The translations under genes and the position numbers were made by a program. From Eledone cirrhosa (taxonomy: Eukaryota), in contig OZ024743.1 of assembly GCA_964016885.1 (NCBI GenBank), positions 319,734,001 to 319,798,000 of the forward strand: DNA of 64,000 nucleotides, read 5' to 3'. This document shows positions 59,301 through 64,000 of the stretch, in pieces. Position 1 is the stretch's first letter; each line of letters starts with the position of its first letter. Below the pieces are notes generated by a model. It was not told where the DNA came from. It saw only the letters and a list, made by a program, of their open reading frames with translations, and did not search any database.

Positions 59301-62300
59301 CAGAAAAACTGCTGTCGCATATGGGATAAATCCAGTTGACTGCCGAGTCCATAGTAAGGATCAAACCGCCAGCCTCTTTCAAAAACGAAAGAGAGGCAGT
59401 TTTCCTCTGTACAGTGGCTATGGTGAAAGAGGTTATATGGTGCACGAGATTGAGAGGACTGAGGACAGATGCCTTTCTCTCCGGACAACAATTGATTCCC
59501 TTTTTTAGATACCACTTTAGAAGGAGAATCAGAGTGGTACTGCACCCCAGTAAATTTACTGAAAGGTGGGTGAATGAAGCGAAAATGGCCCGAGTGATTG
59601 GGCCTTCTCTGTTTATAAGCCTGTAGGTTAAAGAAGAGAGCAAAAGGAAGAAAGGAGCACTTGCACAACACACTCCTGAAGTTGAGGGTTGTTCTATCAA
59701 TGGGGTATTAAACAACCCATTTGTAGCGCCTCCCCCCCTATTGGGGATTTCGATTGTTATAATTGTTTGTTTCAATATTTTTACACAACTGTATGTAAAA
59801 TCCCTGGCATGTGTCTTTGTATTGTCCCCTTTTCTTGTGCGCCCTTGTGGTAAATAAAGAAATATATCTGTAACAAACTTTAAAAAACGTGACAGTCACT
59901 TGATCACTTATAGATCAGGGGAGCACACTAGCCAGATAGATTTTATCCTTACTAGAAAACGAGACAGAGTGTCTGTTATGAACTCTAAGTCCCTCCCAAC
60001 ATAACTTAATAGTTAGTCACCTCATAGTCAGGGCCAGATGTACTCGTCGGCAGAGGAATACCTTGAGGAGAAGATTATAGAAGTTGAAGAACCCCACAAC
60101 CAGTAACAGATTTAAAAGCATACTACTTGATGCAAAGGAAGAGCAATTAGAGATATGCAATATAGAGGAACATGGGAATTCCTGAAAGTTAACCTGTTGA
60201 AGGCGACTGATGAAATCTCTGGCTGGAGCAGACCATTAGGTAGGAGGAGAGTGACATGGTGGTGAAACAGTAAGGTGGAGGAGTCCAAGGGTAAAAAGCA
60301 GGCTTGGAAAGAATGGCAGGATGAGGGTAGTAGAGAACTCTATCGGGTAGCTAGGAGAGACGCTAGACAACAAGTATACTTTGCAAAGAGGGAAGCACAG
60401 GATAGTAAGTTCAAGCATATTCTACAACACGGGGACCAAAGACGTGAGGTGTACAGGATTGCGAGGCAATGTGTCAAGGAGAATTGTGATATTGTCGGGG
60501 AGAGGTGTGTCCGTAATGACGATGGTATACTTGCCCTTACTGATACTGAGACTACTGAATGAGGATAATGAATGGAATAAAGATAGTCTGCCCCACATTG
60601 ATCCAACAGAAGGACTAGCTGTGCAAGTTAATGGTAGTATAGTAAGTAAGGCAATCAGAGATATGAAGACAGGCAAGGCAGCTGGGCCTTTGGGGATAGT
60701 TGCTGAAATGTTGAAGGCATCTGGAATGGTGGGACATACTATGGTCACCCGGATAGTAAACCAAGTAATACAGAATGGGGTCATACCAAATGACTGGCAT
60801 AGCAGCAGCATCATCAACTGTCACAAGGGCAAAGGAAACGTCCTGGATAGAGGAAACTATAGGGGCATTAAATTAGTTGACCAGGTCATGAAAGTCACAG
60901 AAAGAGTTATTACTCAACTGATTAGAGACTGAATTGATATAGGTGAAATGCAGTTTGGGTTTGTGCCAGGTAAAAAAAAAAAGCACCACAGATGCTCTTT
61001 TCCTTGAACAGCAACTACAGGAGAAGTACCTAGCTAAAAGTATAACCCTATACTTAGCTTTTGTTGATTTGGAGAAAGCCTTTGATAGAGTCCCATGCAC
61101 CTTAATCTGGTGGGCTTTTAGAAAACTAGGAGTAGATGACTGGCTTGTGAGAGCTATACAAGCCATGTATAGAGGAACAGTCAGCAAGGTTAGAATTAAC
61201 AATGAATATAGTCAAGAATTAGTGTAATAGTAGGGGTTCACCAGGGCTCCATCCTTAGCCCCCTCCTGTTTATTATTGTCCTACAGGCTATAACAGAAGG
61301 GTTTAAGACTGGCTGCCCATGGGAATTTCTATATGCAGATGATCTAACTCTCATAGCTGAATCCATGGCTGAACTAGAGAAGAAGTTCCAAACATGGAAG
61401 CATGGCCTAGAATCAAAAGGCCTTAGAGTTAACTTGTCTAAGACTAAAGTTCTAGTTTGTAGAAAAGAGAATAGGGCACAAGTGCTCAGTGTGTAAGAAA
61501 GGAGTAGGTAGAAATTTCATTCTATGCCCCAAATGCAAACTATGGGTACATAAAAGATGTAGTGGGATCACAGGTAAGCTATCTAAGAATGTAAGTTTTA
61601 TACGTGGCCGATGCTCAAGTGCAATAAGTAGCAAGGACCCACTGGATGCTATCTCCTTCAACTGCCCAGATGGTTCTATAGAAATAGTAGACACTTTCTG
61701 TTACCTGGGTGACAAAATCAGCAGTGGAAGAGGGTGCTCTGAAAGTACAGTAGCCAGAGTTAGAACAGGATGGAAAAAGTTGAGAGAGCTAATACTGCTG
61801 TTGGCCACAAGGGGTTTTTCTCTAAAAGTGAAAGGCAGATTGTATGATGCTTGTATACAAACGTCGATATTACATGGTAGTGGGACCTGGGCATTGTGTG
61901 CTGAAGACCTGCGTAGATTAGAAAGAAATGAAGCTTACATGCTCCGATGGATGTGTAATAGTAATGTGGGTGAACGGCAAAGCATAAATGAATTAAGAGA
62001 GAGACTAAGTATAAGAGGTATCAAATGTTATGTTCTGGAGAGAAGATTATGTTTGTATGGCCATGTGATGCGTATGAAGGACGACAGCTGTATAAAAAAG
62101 TGCAGAGCAATGAAAATTGATGGAAGCTATGGAGTGGTAGAAAAACCTGGGACGAGGTGATAAAAACTGACCTTGCTCACCTACACCTCTCTAAGACAAT
62201 GTCACTGGGTCGAGATCTTTAGCACTATGCAGTTGTACAGAAGACCTGCCTTCCCTTGCATACAAACTTACAGTCAGTAGGCACCTCTTAACCCAATATA

Positions 62301-62580
62301 CACCCCACCCCACACACCATACCCCATCCGCCCATTTCCGTCCACTGTGTCGGTGACAACAAAAAGCTCCCAGTACACACTGTAAAGTGGTCATGTAGGA
62401 GACACAGTAAAAAGGCTCCCAGCCCACATTGTAAAAGTAGTTGGTGTTAGGAAGGGCAACCAGCCAGAGACTCTTCCGTACAAGCGAGACACGGACTCCT
62501 GACCAATCCTGCATCAGATGGAACATAACCGTCTAACCCATGCTAGCGTGGAAGATGGACGTTAAATGATGATGATGATT
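56340..62580 (+). mobile_element. RTE-like LINE (APE, RT, PHD-like finger) split by a Tx1 insertion
   Basis: HGGYGFGTRNEEGFRILEFC at 56340-56403 resumes as ICN..FKKRDSHLITYRSG at ~59866. Then NYRGIKL, FVDLEKAFDRVP, YADD and C..CKKGVGRN.I.C..C.LWVHKRC. (GAT)n tail. Confidence 0.88.
56404..59863 (+). mobile_element. Third, diverged 5'-truncated Tx1-like LINE with 171-bp fold-back at its 5' end
   Basis: ORF2 fragments colinear with copies 1 and 2, stop at 59626, AATAAAGAAAT end. Arms 56404-56574 and 56593-56763 are inverted copies. Confidence 0.9.
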
Positions 62581-63819
62581 TTCCACATTTGCATGGATTA
62601 GACAGGTTGTCATGTTATGAGACAAGTCATGTCAGGAGAGCATGTCATGCTCATGCGGATCTGTATTTTAGCTTAGTTTCTACAGCTCAGTGCCCTTTCT
62701 AATGCCAACAATGTTAAGTATCTATACCATCATTGTTTTTATGTTTTCTTTTCCATACTTGCATGGGTTATATATATATAGGGCAGTCAAAGTTGATAGA
62801 AAATGTGAATAGAAGAGCAAGGAAAACCAGGAATGATGTGGTGAGGGCAGACCTCATGCAGCTGAATCTCACAAAGGGGATGACGCAAAATTAAGTTGAC
62901 TCATGATATGCTGTATGATAGAAGACTCACCAAACCACTCAGGTGGGATGAAATGAACATGAGGATGGCAGAGAGGTGAAATGACATTTAACTTCCTACT
63001 CCCTCTTCACTCATCATACACCTTCCCCGCCTTAATCCCAGCAACTAACACTCCTCAAGTCCTTTTACTCATCTCCTTACCCAACCCATGCCAGCATGGA
63101 AAAAAATGCCCTTCTCAAACCCATGCACATGCCCAATTCACCTTCTTTAGCCAACACATGTCAGCATGAAAGTATTATATGCTCACTATTCTCACCCACA
63201 TCCCTAATTCACTTTCCTTGACAAACGCATGCCAGCATGGACAGCTAGGGACACCTCACCATATACTGCCAGTACAATCAGAACCACCATTAATTAAAGA
63301 CAAATTTGCTGGGCTTAATCTGTGATATAAATAAATGTTGTGACATGACCATAACCTGCAGAATATTAAGGTATATTCAAGTCTATGAATGATCGAGTCA
63401 ATAGGATATTGAACACCCAGCTGAGAGATCACAGCAATTTGGATTTTCATATCACCACAGCATTATGTCCATAGTCAAGGCAATTACGTTTGTAATGACC
63501 TAGTCCATCTAGCTATAATAGTTGCTGTGTTAAAAAGAACTCACCACTGTCAAAAGAGGCAGTACTATAACATTTAAAGCTTTTTGTTAGCTTGCAGTTT
63601 TAAGTTAAAAATCTTGTGGTTATAGGTTGAATTGGCATATGATGCGATAGGATGGGTAGATGGGACTCAATGAAGTGTATCTAAGATTAAATAAACATCA
63701 GAGCAAAAATTTAAGAGCTCTGAGGTAAATGATATTTTCTTGACTCATTCAACAGAAGGCAAACAATAAAAGAGACATGATGATAATGGAAATGATAATG
63801 ACGAAGTAAATAACAATAC

Positions 63820-63930
63820 CGGCTTGCCCTCTCGGTTTATCTTCAACTCAAACATTGCATTCGGTAGTTTCATTTTTGATCGCTTACTGTTGGCCATTTC
63901 CAAGTTCAGTCGCCAGTTGATGGCATTTAG
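63820..63930 (-). CDS. COMMD10: COMMD10 internal coding exon (111 nt, phase 0)
   Basis: CGTAG|LNAINWRLNLEMANSKRSKMKLPNAMFELKINREGKP|GTATTG. COMM-domain W.LNL.MA motif. Splices in frame with the two downstream exons. Confidence 0.9.
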
Positions 63931-64000
63931 CTACGAAGTTCAACCATAAAATAAATAAAAATAAGTAAAAAAATATGTTACATATAAAAAAAAAATCTAA

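Overview
AT-rich, repeat-dense animal genomic DNA. The SINE families, microsatellite load and protein style suggest an octopus or other cephalopod (inference). The only host gene I can support is the last three coding exons of a COMMD10-like gene on the minus strand (63930-63820, 55419-55360, 52319-52281). The rest is mobile DNA in four zones. (1) About 1-18 kb: a (TA)n-rich pile-up of Penelope-like fragments (four GIY-YIG remnants, one RT remnant, inverted pseudo-LTRs) and non-coding retrozyme-like units, carrying about eleven type-I hammerhead-like motifs. One ~425-nt unit appears to have been copied starting at its own ribozyme cleavage site. (2) About 18-35 kb: LINEs stacked in (AAT)n tracts, namely two R4/Dong-like RLE elements and two tandem L1/Tx1-like elements with near-identical ORF2 but very different ORF1. 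(3) About 37-49 kb: a decayed repeat unit with tRNA-Ser and tRNA-Arg pseudogenes, invaded by a gypsy-like LTR family with a tRNA-Trp PBS in tandem and inverted arrangement. (4) About 49-64 kb: RTE-like LINE fragments and a third Tx1-like copy with a fold-back 5' end, inside the COMMD10 introns. All structures were read by eye. Boundaries of degenerate repeats are approximate.
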